This document shows, piece by piece, positions 47,708 through 58,166 of a stretch of 64,000 nt of DNA; the stretch's first letter is position 1, and each line of letters begins with the position of its first letter. The position numbers and the translations under genes are program-made. This DNA comes from Salinivirgaceae bacterium (lineage in GTDB: Bacteria; Bacteroidota; Bacteroidia; Bacteroidales; SZUA-534), in assembly GCA_027858735.1 (NCBI GenBank), contig JAQICC010000262.1, positions 1,879-65,878 of the forward strand, read 5' to 3'. Under the pieces are notes generated by a model. The model did not search any database. It saw only the letters and a program-made list of their open reading frames with translations, and had not been told where the DNA came from.

Positions 47708-48358
47708 ATGTATCATAACATCCATAAAATTGAGAAAATCAGTCATCTAAATGATTCTACTTTTATATTGCAAATAGAGCGAAGGGATCTTAAATTTACA
47801 CCTGGTCAGCATTTGGTAGTGGGTAAAAAAGATGATAAAGAGTTCCGTCAGTATTCGTTATACAATGGAATAAACGACGACTATTTTCAGATTCTTGTGA
47901 AAGAAGTTGAAAACGGCTTGGTAACCCCAAAATTAAAAAACTTAAAAGAAGGCGATGAAGTTGAAATAAATGGCCCAATGGGTTATTTTACTCTTAGCGA
48001 AAGTACTCGAAAAAATTTACCCGTTGTAATGATTGCCACAGGCACCGGAATTGCTCCCTTTAAAAGCTTTGTGGTGTCCTATCCAGAATTGGATTATAAA
48101 TTAATACATGGTGTACGAACTGCCGAAGAAGCCTATGACAAAGAGTTGTACGCTAAGGACAAGTATATTCTATGTACTACTCGTGACGATAAGGGAACGG
48201 TAAAAGGACGGGTAACCGATTACATTTCTACCAAAACATTTCATAAGGATACGCAGTTTTATTTATGTGGAAATAGCGAAATGATTTTTGATGCAATGGA
48301 AATACTTAAGGAAAAAGGATTTTCTGCGAATCAGATGTTTGCTGAAGTTTATTTTTAA
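47708..48358 (+). CDS. Ferredoxin-NADP reductase-like FAD/NAD(P)-binding oxidoreductase
   Basis: 216 aa. RQYSLYN (RxYS FAD motif), MIATGTGIAPF (NAD(P)-binding GTGxAP), and YLCGNSEM. Confidence 0.8.
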   Translation: MYHNIHKIEKISHLNDSTFILQIERRDLKFTPGQHLVVGKKDDKEFRQYSLYNGINDDYFQILVKEVENGLVTPKLKNLKEGDEVEINGPMGYFTLSESTRKNLPVVMIATGTGIAPFKSFVVSYPELDYKLIHGVRTAEEAYDKELYAKDKYILCTTRDDKGTVKGRVTDYISTKTFHKDTQFYLCGNSEMIFDAMEILKEKGFSANQMFAEVYF

Positions 48359-48446
48359 ACTAAAAATAGTAGTTGTCAGTAAATTGTAACATTCAAAATG
48401 TAAGTTGCTGAAATTTAATAAAATAATAAAATTTAATACAAATAAT

Positions 48447-49904
48447 ATGCTTTATCACCTTATAGTTTTAGGATGTCAGATGAATATTTCGGACAGTGAA
48501 CGGGTAAGATCGGTGATTGAACAAATGGGATTTACTCATACCGACAAAGAGGAAGATGCCCACCTGTTGGGGGTTCTATCTTGTTCTGTTCGTCAAAAAC
48601 CTATCGATAAAGTTTATTCACGTATTTATAAATGGAATCGTATCAAAGCAAAAAGGAATGTGCTAACATTTGTGTCAGGCTGTGTTTTACCCGATGATAG
48701 AGAGAAATTCTTAAAACTATTCGATTTTGTTTTCCCCATGAGCGAGCTTAATGACTTTCCTAAAATGATGAAGGAATATGGAGTAGCCTCGCCCCTTTCG
48801 TTACAAACAACAGATGCAGAAATTAAAATTGAAGACTATTTTAATCAAAAGCCTGTTCAATCTGCTTTTAAGCCCGTTAAAATTGCAGCGAAAAATTCTA
48901 AAACAACATTACCATCAAATAAAGATATTTTTCAACTCTGGAAAACTCAGCCCAATTATCAATCGGATTTTGAAGCATTTGTACCTATTCAAAATGGGTG
49001 CGATAAATTCTGTTCATACTGTGCCGTGCCTTATACACGCGGACGAGAAGTTTCAAGACCTTCAGCTGAGATTGTAGAAGAAGTTGTACAATTGATGAAA
49101 ACAGGATTTAAATCGATCACCTTATTAGGTCAAAATGTAAATTCTTACGGACTTGATTGTGAAAATGAAATTTTATTTGCCCAATTGTTGGAAGCGATCG
49201 GAAAAGAAGGTGAAAAATTAAACGACCCAAGTTGGGTATATTGTACAAGTCCGCACCCACGTGATATGAGACGCGATGTGGTTGAATCCATAGCCAAGTA
49301 TAAAACATTAGGCAAACAAATACACTTGCCCTTGCAATCGGGCAGCGATCAGGTTCTGGTAAAAATGAACCGTAAACACAATCTTGACCGGTATAGAGAG
49401 AGCATTCAGTACATAAAAGAGTTGGTACCTCAAGCTACTCTGTTTACTGATATTATAGTTGGTTTTACCGGAGAAACGGAAGAGCAGTTTCAAAGTACCA
49501 TGAATTCGTTCGATGAATTCAAATTCAATATGGCATATATTGCCATGTATTCTCCTCGTCCCGGTGCTCAAAGCTTCCGTTGGGAAGATGATATACCAAA
49601 GGAAACTAAGAAAGATAGACTAAAACGACTGAGCGAAAAATTGGAAAATATTTCTTTACATTACAATCAGGAATTAATGGGTAAGGAGATGACCATTTTA
49701 GTTAGAACCACTGAACGCAAAACAGGTTATCTATCTGGCCATAACGAAGGTAAGATTGTTACTCGTATTATTTCTAAAGACCCTTCCCTAATTGGTCAGT
49801 TTGTAAAGATCAAGGTTACAGAAGTATCCGGATTTTCAATATCAGGTGAACTTGTTGAAAACACTGCTGTAAATTCAAGAAAAACCATAGAAGCAAAAGT
49901 TTAA
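48447..49904 (+). CDS. miaB: tRNA-2-methylthio-N6-dimethylallyladenosine synthase MiaB
   Basis: N-terminal VLGCQMNISDSE, radical-SAM CDKFCSYCAVP, FTDIIVGFTGETEEQF, and a C-terminal TRAM domain. I prefer the ATG at 48447 over the TTG at 48405 used by the track. Confidence 0.88.
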   Translation: MLYHLIVLGCQMNISDSERVRSVIEQMGFTHTDKEEDAHLLGVLSCSVRQKPIDKVYSRIYKWNRIKAKRNVLTFVSGCVLPDDREKFLKLFDFVFPMSELNDFPKMMKEYGVASPLSLQTTDAEIKIEDYFNQKPVQSAFKPVKIAAKNSKTTLPSNKDIFQLWKTQPNYQSDFEAFVPIQNGCDKFCSYCAVPYTRGREVSRPSAEIVEEVVQLMKTGFKSITLLGQNVNSYGLDCENEILFAQLLEAIGKEGEKLNDPSWVYCTSPHPRDMRRDVVESIAKYKTLGKQIHLPLQSGSDQVLVKMNRKHNLDRYRESIQYIKELVPQATLFTDIIVGFTGETEEQFQSTMNSFDEFKFNMAYIAMYSPRPGAQSFRWEDDIPKETKKDRLKRLSEKLENISLHYNQELMGKEMTILVRTTERKTGYLSGHNEGKIVTRIISKDPSLIGQFVKIKVTEVSGFSISGELVENTAVNSRKTIEAKV

Positions 49905-49975
49905 CACAGTTAGCTACATTTTAAAAAAGATTTATTTTAAACTTATTTAAGATATTAATATCTTAATTTAATTAT

Positions 49976-51250
49976 ATGAACAATAAAAGTATCATTCAAA
50001 ACACTTGGTTGCCTATTAAATCAACATGAAACAGATTCGTTAGTGTCACATTTTGATAAAGAAGAATTCCATATAGTTGATTTTAAGCAATTAAGGTTAA
50101 TCCTAAAACTCAAATTTTGGTAACTGGCTGCATGGCTGAACAATTTTAAAAGGAGCTTGAAAGTATTGAGGGTGTTTCGTTAATTGTAAATAATTCGAAA
50201 AAGAGTGGTATTGTAAATTTGGTTAAGCAAAATATTTCAACAAATAAAATTCTGCAAAACAAAGAGAGTAATGTGTTTAGTTACCATGCCCTCAATAAAA
50301 GCTTGCATACACGTGCTGCCATAAAAATACAAGACGGTTGTGATAATTATTGCACCTTTTGTATTATCCCTCAAGTTAGAGGGAGGGCTGTTAGCCGTCC
50401 GGCAAACGAAATTATTGAAAGTATAAAACAGACTTTGAAGAATGGCTTTAAAGAAATTGTTATTACTGGAGTTAATATTGGCCGATATTATCATGATGGA
50501 GTACGATTTGTGGAATTGATTCGAACCATATTGGATATTCCTGGTGAATTCAGAGATAGAATATCATCGCTTGAGCCCGATGGTTTTGGCAATGACTTAG
50601 CAGAACTTTTTGAAAACCCAAAGCTTGCCCCCCATTTACATTTGTGTGTGCAATCGGGTTCTGATTCTATACTACTCAAAATGTGACGAATGTATAGTGT
50701 TGATTAATATATGGAACTTATCAATAATATAAAAACAAAATATCCCAACTTTAATATTACATCGGATATTATTGTAGGTTTTTCTGGTGAAACCGATCAT
50801 AATTTTAAGGAAACCTTAAATATTGTTGATAGAACAAAATTTAGCCATGTGCACACCTTTAAGTACAGTGTTAGAGAAAATACTTATGCCGAACGCATGA
50901 CCAATCAGGTGGATGAAAAAGTAAAAAATACAAGAAGTGATATGTTACGGCAAGCCTCAGAACAATACAAAAAGGACTACTACTCAGGTTTTATCGGGAA
51001 AACGAAACGTGTATTGGTGGAAAAACATATGGGTGATAACTGGTACTCAAGATATGGGGAACATTATATTCCAATTGTTTTTAAACTAGATAAAAATCAA
51101 AAGAACGAGTTTGTACATGTTAAAATCACAAAATTTGAACAAAGCGATAAACTTAAACTTGAAGGAATTGCTCAGCCATTTCACCTTAAAGAATATAGGG
51201 CTGCAAAAAATATATTATCGGAGTTAAATATAGGGGAGTGGAAATATTAA
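49976..51250 (+). pseudogene. Decayed tRNA threonylcarbamoyladenosine methylthiotransferase MtaB-like gene
   Basis: The pieces read MNNK, then a frameshift, then VSFKTLGCLLNQHETDSLV...VDFKQ. The NTC-motif segment is deleted. The sequence resumes NPKTQILVTGCMAEQF, then an in-frame TAA, then ...IQDGCDNYCTFCIIP...SILLKM, then TGA, RMYSVD, TAA, and YMELINN...SDIIVGFSGETD. Track ORFs 50219..50686 and 50711..51250 are in the same frame. Confidence 0.88.
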
Positions 51251-51312
51251 TTGGATAAACATTATATTTGTTTAAAAGAGTATAATTCATTAAAAACTCA
51301 AAAACTACTACC

Positions 51313-52095
51313 ATGACCGATCTTATTCAATTAGAAAGAAATAATAGTGTTTTAACCGTTCGATTAAATAGAGAAAACAAGAAGAATGCACTTAACGGTG
51401 AAATGATAAATGCATTGATGAATATCGCAAAAGATTTACAAAATGATAAAGACACAGATATTGTAGTTTTAAAAGGGAAAGGCGATAGTTTTTGCGCTGG
51501 TGCCGATTTATGCTGGTTTAAAAAAGCGGCCGATTTGCCTGAAAAAGAACGCATTGAGGTACTTAAAGAGTTGTCTGTTTTCTTACGAACATGGAGCAGA
51601 CTGCCACAAACTACTATAACAATAGCTCATGGATTTTTATATGGTGGAGCACTGGGATTAATGGCGGTTTCCGATTTTGTTATTCTTGATCAAAACAGCA
51701 ATTTGCGATTAAGTGAAGTACTACTTGGCTTAATACCAGCATCAATTGCTCCCTACCTTATAAAACGCATGGGTTTTAAGCGAAGTAAAGCTCTAATGCT
51801 TTCGGCTGAAGCTTTTAATGCCCAATTAGCCTTAGCATATGGTTTAGCCGATAAAATAGGATCTTCCGACAAACTCTTGGAAATAGAACAACGTCTAATT
51901 ACCAATATCCAACGATCATCTAAGGAAACAAGATACATGGTTAAAGAGTTTCTATTTAGTATTGTAAATAAAGAAATTAATGAAGAAGTATCACAATTAT
52001 CGGCAAAAGCGCTCTCCGATTCAATAGATACTGATATTGCCAGAGAGTTTATTGAGGCCTTTGCTCAAAAAAACTCTCAATGTGATGAGTCATAA
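51313..52095 (+). CDS. Enoyl-CoA hydratase/isomerase (crotonase) family protein
   Basis: 260 aa. LNRENKKNAL, GDSFCAGADL and GGALGL are crotonase oxyanion-hole motifs. Confidence 0.85.
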   Translation: MTDLIQLERNNSVLTVRLNRENKKNALNGEMINALMNIAKDLQNDKDTDIVVLKGKGDSFCAGADLCWFKKAADLPEKERIEVLKELSVFLRTWSRLPQTTITIAHGFLYGGALGLMAVSDFVILDQNSNLRLSEVLLGLIPASIAPYLIKRMGFKRSKALMLSAEAFNAQLALAYGLADKIGSSDKLLEIEQRLITNIQRSSKETRYMVKEFLFSIVNKEINEEVSQLSAKALSDSIDTDIAREFIEAFAQKNSQCDES

Positions 52096-52422
52096 GTTTT
52101 TTATATTAGATTAAATAATGGTTAGTCCCGCATAAACTTAATAAACTTAATATCCGCAGCAAAAAAATGAAACCATAGATGGGCACAGTCTTACATCAAA
52201 TATATTTTTACCCAATTGGGTGAAAACGAAATTAGTGTTAATTCGTGTAATTCGTGGCCTCAAAGAATCCGCTTGCGGATTTAAGGATAAATTAAAAATA
52301 TTTTTTAAATTATAACATTTTTACCCTTTCTTGCTGAGACAAAGTAAGGTGTTTTGTAATAGAAAATTCCAGTTGAAAAATTGAGTAAATTAGATTTATT
52401 AAAATCTTGATAAATAGAAAGA

Positions 52423-53349
52423 ATGAGAACCTTCAATAGTAAAATATTGTTATTTGGTGAGTATGTGCTTTTGAAGGGTGCAATGGGTTTAGCTATTCCC
52501 TATCCAAAATATCAGGGTAAATTAATTTTACCAAATGACGATACTATACTTAGTCATGAAAATTTAGAATCCAATACCATATTAAAGAATCTTGCTATTC
52601 ATATTGCTCATAATGAAAAGTTTAAATATCATAATAATCTGAATCAATTTCTAAAAGATTCATTGCTTGGGTTATACTTTGAATCGAATATTCCAAATAA
52701 TTATGGCTTAGGAAGTTCTGGCGCATTAACAGCAGCAATATATGATGAATATTTTGCGAAGGCGGCAAACAAGAAACCCGATAGCAATAAATCTGTTAAA
52801 AATGAACTTTCAGTAATTGAATCTTTTTTTCATGCTTTTAGTTCAGGTACCGACCCTTTAGTTTCATTATTAAATATACCAATAATAATACATGCACCGG
52901 TAAAAACCCATAACCTTTCTTTTCCAGCCAATATTCAAACTTTTCTTATTGACACACAAAAAGAAAGTTCTACAAAATCGTTTATGAATATTTTTAATGA
53001 TAAATGCGAAAAAAGAACTATTGATATTGAAAAGCTTATCCATTTAAATAACCAATGCATAATAGAAATAATTCAAAACGAATTGGGAACTTTTGACACA
53101 CTTCGCCAATTTTGTGATTTGGAACAGAAGGTTTTTGTTGAAATGTTTGAAGTGCCCGAAAAATTAATTCCAATTATAAATGATCTCTCTGGCAAGCTTT
53201 GCATTAAATTGTGTGGATCGGGTGGCGGAGGTTATTTGCTTGGTTTTTCAAAAAAACAGGATTTTAATGAGATCGATGAGAATTTTAAACATGCAGGCAT
53301 AAAATGTGAAGCTATTCATTTTACGGAATCCAAATTGATTAGCATTTAG
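52423..53349 (+). CDS. GHMP-family kinase (mevalonate-kinase-like)
   Basis: 308 aa. SKILLFGEYVLLKGA, the GHMP motif II PNNYGLGSSGALTAAIY, and KLCGSGGGGY. Confidence 0.75.
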   Translation: MRTFNSKILLFGEYVLLKGAMGLAIPYPKYQGKLILPNDDTILSHENLESNTILKNLAIHIAHNEKFKYHNNLNQFLKDSLLGLYFESNIPNNYGLGSSGALTAAIYDEYFAKAANKKPDSNKSVKNELSVIESFFHAFSSGTDPLVSLLNIPIIIHAPVKTHNLSFPANIQTFLIDTQKESSTKSFMNIFNDKCEKRTIDIEKLIHLNNQCIIEIIQNELGTFDTLRQFCDLEQKVFVEMFEVPEKLIPIINDLSGKLCIKLCGSGGGGYLLGFSKKQDFNEIDENFKHAGIKCEAIHFTESKLISI

Positions 53350-53389
53350 AAGTTTTTTTTATTTTTGTAGCGAATCAAATACCCTTGTT

Positions 53390-54103
53390 ATGCACACAAT
53401 TATTGATGATGTATTAGCTTCTCTACAAAACTTAGCAGATTCTAAACGAGTTGAATTTGCAAAAAAATCGTATCCCACAAAAATGAAAGTAATTGGAGTT
53501 AACAACCCCAATTTAAAGATCATTTTGAAAGAACTAAAAACTCAAACCAAAGATTTTACTATTTCTGAAAAATATAGCTTAGCCAAACTTATGGTTGATA
53601 CTGAAATATTTGAGTCCCAACAATTGGCTTTTGAATATATAGGTATGGATAAAGCGAATATGAAAACCATTACAGAATCGGTTATTGATAATTTTTTTAA
53701 AAACATGGATAATTGGGTTTCGGTTGATTACTTTGGAGTTTTATTTGTTGGGGTTGCTTGGCGAGAAAACATTATTTCTACAGACAAAATAAAAACATAC
53801 CTTAAATCTAATAATTATTGGGAGCGTAGAATAGCCGTTGTAGCCACAGTTGCATTAAATCAAAAAGCACGAGGGGGAACTGGTAATAGTAAACGGACAC
53901 TGGAAATTTGCGAATTGGTTGTAAATGATCATACCGACATGATTAATAAAGCATTATCGTGGGCCTTACGCGAATTGGCTAAAATTGACAGGCCGTCTGT
54001 TCTTGACTTTATCAATAAATATCAGAAGGAACTAAATAAAAAAGTTTTGCGAGAAGTAACAAATAAGCTTAATTTTGGACTGAAAAATATTAAAAATAGC
54101 TAG
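53390..54103 (+). CDS. DNA alkylation repair protein (AlkD-like HEAT-repeat family)
   Basis: 237 aa. ADSKRVEFAKKSYPTKMKVIGVNNPNLK, WERRIAVVAT and NKALSWALREL match the DNA_alkylation family pattern. Confidence 0.8.
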   Translation: MHTIIDDVLASLQNLADSKRVEFAKKSYPTKMKVIGVNNPNLKIILKELKTQTKDFTISEKYSLAKLMVDTEIFESQQLAFEYIGMDKANMKTITESVIDNFFKNMDNWVSVDYFGVLFVGVAWRENIISTDKIKTYLKSNNYWERRIAVVATVALNQKARGGTGNSKRTLEICELVVNDHTDMINKALSWALRELAKIDRPSVLDFINKYQKELNKKVLREVTNKLNFGLKNIKNS

Positions 54104-54461
54104 ATTAAATTACCTACATCCTCTTTAATAGCAACATCAATATCATGCATATCAAAGGGCTTTCTAAAATATTTGTGAATTATATTATTCGATAAAGCTT
54201 CTGAGATTTCGCTATTAATATCAAATCCGATTAAAATAAAATAGACAATTTTTGAATGACTTACCCGTGCTTTTTTAATAAACTCAATACCATTCATTCC
54301 AGGCATTTTCATATCACTTATAACAACAATAATTTCATCTTCACTGCAAAGTTTCGTTAAACCCTCCACTCCCGATTCAGCAGTAATTACTTTATATTTT
54401 TTAAAAAGTTAAGTTCAAAAAAGGTTAAGTTAATGAGTTCATTATCAATACAAAGTAACAT
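54100..54461 (-). pseudogene. Stand-alone CheY-like response-regulator receiver, frameshifted in a homopolymer run
   Basis: The N-terminal frame reads MLLCIDNELINLTFFELNFLKNIK and stops at 54387-54389. The C-terminal frame reads (L)FKKYKVITAESGVEGL...VISDMKMPGMNGIEF...KP. One extra A or T in the T6A5 run at 54397-54407 (plus strand) fuses them into a 120-aa receiver. Confidence 0.75.
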
Positions 54462-54668
54462 AACACACTCATTAGCAGTTGATTATATTCTTCTACTAAT
54501 GTAGGCAGTTTTTTTAGATTTGTCCTGAAAGGTTTTGTACATTAAATCATTCCTTGTATATTGTGACTAGTGAATTAACCAATGACAACTAATATTTAAG
54601 CCTCTACAAACCAATAAATATTTTTATGTACATTACACGATTAATAAATACCTTATAATTAAAAACTA

Positions 54669-56087
54669 ATGAAAATTGTTCATATAAGTGCCGAATGTTA
54701 TCCTGCTGCAAAAGCTGGCGGATTAGCTGACGTTGCAGGATCATTACCTAAATACCAAAAACTTCTGAAGCATTCTACCATGGTAATAATGCCTCATTAT
54801 TACACAAATTTTAGAAGCAAAAATGAATTTAAATCTGTTTTTGAAGGTATTGCAAGGCTTGGTTCTGTTGATTATGATTACCATTACCAGATCTTTAAAT
54901 TACAAAATACAGAATTAGGCTTTGATCTATATTCTATTGATATTCCGGGTTTATTTGATAGAGAAAATATATATTCATATAAAGATGATACTGAACGATT
55001 TATTACTTTTCAAATTGCCGCTTTAAATTGGATAAAAACCTTTAAAAAACTTCCCGATATAGTGCATTGTCACGATCAGCAAACTGGTTTAATTCCATTT
55101 TTCATGACAAAAGTTGAAGCTTACGATAAATTAAAAGAAATACCAACGGTTTTCACCATTCATAATGGCGAATATCAGGGGCAATTTACTTTTGATAGAC
55201 AATATTTACTTCCAGGATTTAATTCCTATTTTTCAGGACAAATTGAGTGGCATGGTTTTATCAATCCTGTTGCTGCAGCCATTAAAAATGCTTGGAGTGT
55301 AACTACTGTTTCTCCTAATTACATGGACGAAATTGGATTTTCTATGGCCGGATTAGAAAAACTTTTGCAATATGAAAAGGGAAAATCAAAAGGTATACTG
55401 AATGGTATTGATACTGAGGTTTGGGATCCATCAACAGATGGTATGCTTCAAAAGACATTCTCAATATCTACGGTTGAAGCTGGAAAAAAATATAATAAAA
55501 AGTGGTTATGCAAAGAATTTAATCTCGATCCCGCAAAACCTCTTTTTACTTTTATTGGCAGATTAGTAAAAGAAAAGGGTGCAGATTTATTGCCTGAAGC
55601 TATTTATAATATGATGTCAAAATATCCTGGCGAACAAAATGTTTTAATATTAGGTTCGGGTGATGCGCCAGTTCAACAAGCTTTGTGGGATTTAGAGCCT
55701 CAGTTTAAAGGAAACTACTGCTCCTATATTGGGTATAATGAAAAGCTTTCACACATAATTTATGCTGGAGCCGATTTTCTGTTAATGCCATCGAGAGTTG
55801 AACCTTGCGGGTTAAATCAACTTTATGCGTTAAGATATGGCACTGTGCCAATTGTTAGACGTACTGGTGGATTAACTGACACCGTTACAGATATTGGCGA
55901 TGGTGGCTTTGGTATTTGCCACGATCAAGCTTCGGCATGGGATATTACCCATTCCATTGAACGAGCAAAAAGTTTTTTTAACAAGAAAAAAGCATTTAAA
56001 GAAAACAGAAAATTAATAATGCAGATCGATCATTCATGGAATAGAGCTGCAGAAGAATATATCAATCTTTACAAATCGTTAAAATAG
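54669..56087 (+). CDS. glgA: Glycogen synthase
   Basis: 472 aa. N-terminal KIVHISAECYPAAKAGGLADV, and C-terminal PSRVEPCGLNQLYALRYGTVPIVRRTGGLTDTV. Confidence 0.92.
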   Translation: MKIVHISAECYPAAKAGGLADVAGSLPKYQKLLKHSTMVIMPHYYTNFRSKNEFKSVFEGIARLGSVDYDYHYQIFKLQNTELGFDLYSIDIPGLFDRENIYSYKDDTERFITFQIAALNWIKTFKKLPDIVHCHDQQTGLIPFFMTKVEAYDKLKEIPTVFTIHNGEYQGQFTFDRQYLLPGFNSYFSGQIEWHGFINPVAAAIKNAWSVTTVSPNYMDEIGFSMAGLEKLLQYEKGKSKGILNGIDTEVWDPSTDGMLQKTFSISTVEAGKKYNKKWLCKEFNLDPAKPLFTFIGRLVKEKGADLLPEAIYNMMSKYPGEQNVLILGSGDAPVQQALWDLEPQFKGNYCSYIGYNEKLSHIIYAGADFLLMPSRVEPCGLNQLYALRYGTVPIVRRTGGLTDTVTDIGDGGFGICHDQASAWDITHSIERAKSFFNKKKAFKENRKLIMQIDHSWNRAAEEYINLYKSLK

Positions 56088-56094
56088 CAAGGAT

Positions 56095-57363
56095 ATGAAA
56101 AGGAAAGTACTAGCCATAATTTTAGGTGGTGGGCAAGGATCAAGATTGGCTCCTTTAACTACGCCACGATCAAAACCTGCTGTGCCGGTTGCAGGAAAAT
56201 ACCGCATAGTAGATATACCTATATCGAACTGCCTAAATTCTGAAATTGAACGAATTTTTGTGTTAACTCAGTTTAATTCTGCATCATTAAATACCCACAT
56301 TAAAAACAGCTATAACTTTGGTCTGTTTAGCAATGCCTTTGTTGATATTTTGGCAGCCGAACAAACACCACAAAGTGGAACCTGGTTTCAAGGTACAGCC
56401 GATGCGGTGCGAAAATGTATGCATCACTTTTTAATTCATGATTTCGACTACACTCTTATACTTTCTGGCGATCAATTGTATCAAATGGATTTTAATGATA
56501 TGATTGAAAAGCATATAAAGTCGAAAGCTGAAATTACTTTAGCCACCCAACCTGTTAATGCTAAAGATGCATCTGATTTTGGCATTCTTAAAGCCGATAA
56601 AAATGGCTTTGTAAGTGAATTTATTGAAAAACCAACGGCAGACCTTCTTCCTGACTGGACATCGGAAGTAAGCGCGGAAATGAATAATGAAGGAAAAAAT
56701 TATTTAGCCTCAATGGGTATTTATATTTTTAACCGTGACTTGTTGGTAAGGTTAATGGAGAATGAAGAAACCAAAGATTTTGGTAAAGAAATTATACCTC
56801 AAGCTATTGGGGTGAATAAAATGTTTAGCTACCAATACGAAGGATATTGGACAGATATTGGTACAATAGGCTCATTTTTTGAAGCAAATCTTGATTTAGC
56901 AAGCGATATTCCGAAGTTTAATTTATTCGATAATTCAAAGGTAATATACACTAGAGCACGTTTGCTCCCTCCTTCAAAAATATCGGGTACCACGCTTGAA
57001 AAAACAGTTATTGCTGAAGGATCAATTATACTTGCAAGCCGTATTGAACATTCCGTTATTGGTATTCGATCGAGAATTGGAAAAGGATCGACCATAGTAA
57101 ACTCTGTAATAATGGGTAATGATTTTTACCAAGACCTAGAAGATTTAACTGAAGATAAACGCAACACAAATAAAATTTTAGGAGTTGGTGAACGTTGTTA
57201 CATCAACAATGCTATTATCGATAAAAACTGTATAATAGGTAACGATGTTAATATAAATGGCGGAGATCATTTGCAAGATACTGACAATTCTTTATATACA
57301 GTTCATGACGGTATTGTTGTTATTAAAAAAGGAGCTATAATACCTAGCGGATTTACAATTTAA
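56095..57363 (+). CDS. glgC: Glucose-1-phosphate adenylyltransferase
   Basis: 422 aa. ILGGGQGSRLAPLTTPRSKPAVP, WFQGTADAV, YWTDIGT, and a C-terminal left-handed beta-helix. Confidence 0.92.
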   Translation: MKRKVLAIILGGGQGSRLAPLTTPRSKPAVPVAGKYRIVDIPISNCLNSEIERIFVLTQFNSASLNTHIKNSYNFGLFSNAFVDILAAEQTPQSGTWFQGTADAVRKCMHHFLIHDFDYTLILSGDQLYQMDFNDMIEKHIKSKAEITLATQPVNAKDASDFGILKADKNGFVSEFIEKPTADLLPDWTSEVSAEMNNEGKNYLASMGIYIFNRDLLVRLMENEETKDFGKEIIPQAIGVNKMFSYQYEGYWTDIGTIGSFFEANLDLASDIPKFNLFDNSKVIYTRARLLPPSKISGTTLEKTVIAEGSIILASRIEHSVIGIRSRIGKGSTIVNSVIMGNDFYQDLEDLTEDKRNTNKILGVGERCYINNAIIDKNCIIGNDVNINGGDHLQDTDNSLYTVHDGIVVIKKGAIIPSGFTI

Positions 57364-57382
57364 GTTTTTAAAATAGGCAATT

Positions 57383-57420
57383 GAAAAACCATTTTGCTAA
57401 GCAAAATGGTTTTTCTTTTT
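57383..57420 (+). terminator. Rho-independent terminator of glgAC
   Basis: Perfect 15-bp stem GAAAAACCATTTTGC (57383-57397) / GCAAAATGGTTTTTC (57401-57415) with a TAA loop, followed by TTTTT. Confidence 0.9.
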
Positions 57421-57500
57421 AGAGAATTACACGTCAGTAAGCAATAACAGTAAACTACAGGATTAAAAGTTAGCATACACTGAAACGAAATGAATTGCAA

Positions 57501-58037
57501 ATGGCATTTAAACGACTTTCCCGCCTATCCATATACAAAAGTGCCTGGATCAATCTCTATTCCGACAGGGTTGAGACTGAAGATGGTAGCATTATTGAAA
57601 ACTATCATCAATTGGATTACCCCAAAGAATCTGTAGTTGTGATTGTTTCAAAGGGAAATCAAATTTGCTTAATTAAAAGTCATCGTTATACCATTAATAA
57701 AACCAATATTGAACTTCCGGCAGGATATGTTGAAAATAATGAAGACCCTAAAAATGCTGTAATCAGAGAAGTAAAAGAAGAAACAGGATTAACCATCTCC
57801 CATCCTGATTTCATGTTTAGTTTTTATCCGTCAAATGGTATGTCGAACCAGATAATTCATGTTTTTACCGTTGAAACAAAAAGTGACATAATTATTCCGA
57901 TCAAACATGAAGGTATTGAAGATGTTTTCTGGATGGATATTAAAGATGTTGAAGAACTTGTAGATTCCAATAAACTCACAGATGGTATTACTTTAATAGC
58001 TTTAATGAAGTATTTAAGAAGCCTTAATAAGGAATGA
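57501..58037 (+). CDS. NUDIX hydrolase (ADP-ribose pyrophosphatase-like)
   Basis: Nudix box GYVENNEDPKNAVIREVKEETG. I prefer the ATG at 57501 over the TTG at 57495 used by the track. The gene ends with TGA. Confidence 0.85.
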   Translation: MAFKRLSRLSIYKSAWINLYSDRVETEDGSIIENYHQLDYPKESVVVIVSKGNQICLIKSHRYTINKTNIELPAGYVENNEDPKNAVIREVKEETGLTISHPDFMFSFYPSNGMSNQIIHVFTVETKSDIIIPIKHEGIEDVFWMDIKDVEELVDSNKLTDGITLIALMKYLRSLNKE

Positions 58038-58166
58038 TGATTTAATATTGAAATTTGCAATATCCCTTGCATCTAATTCCTGCTATTAAATAGCTTTTTA
58101 ACCCCATTGATTCTTACTAAATTAGTTAGCAAATTACGCTAACAACTTACATTAAAAAATACTACA

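Noticed and set aside
50219-51250. Treating 50219..50686 and 50711..51250 as two separate radical-SAM genes, or as one gene with recoded stop codons.
   Set aside because: They are consecutive parts of one MtaB frame separated by in-frame TGA and TAA codons. TGA, TAA and TAG all act as ordinary terminators of neighbouring genes, for example TGA at 58035-58037 and 63342-63344. The N-terminal part also carries a frameshift and a deletion, so pseudogene is the simpler reading.
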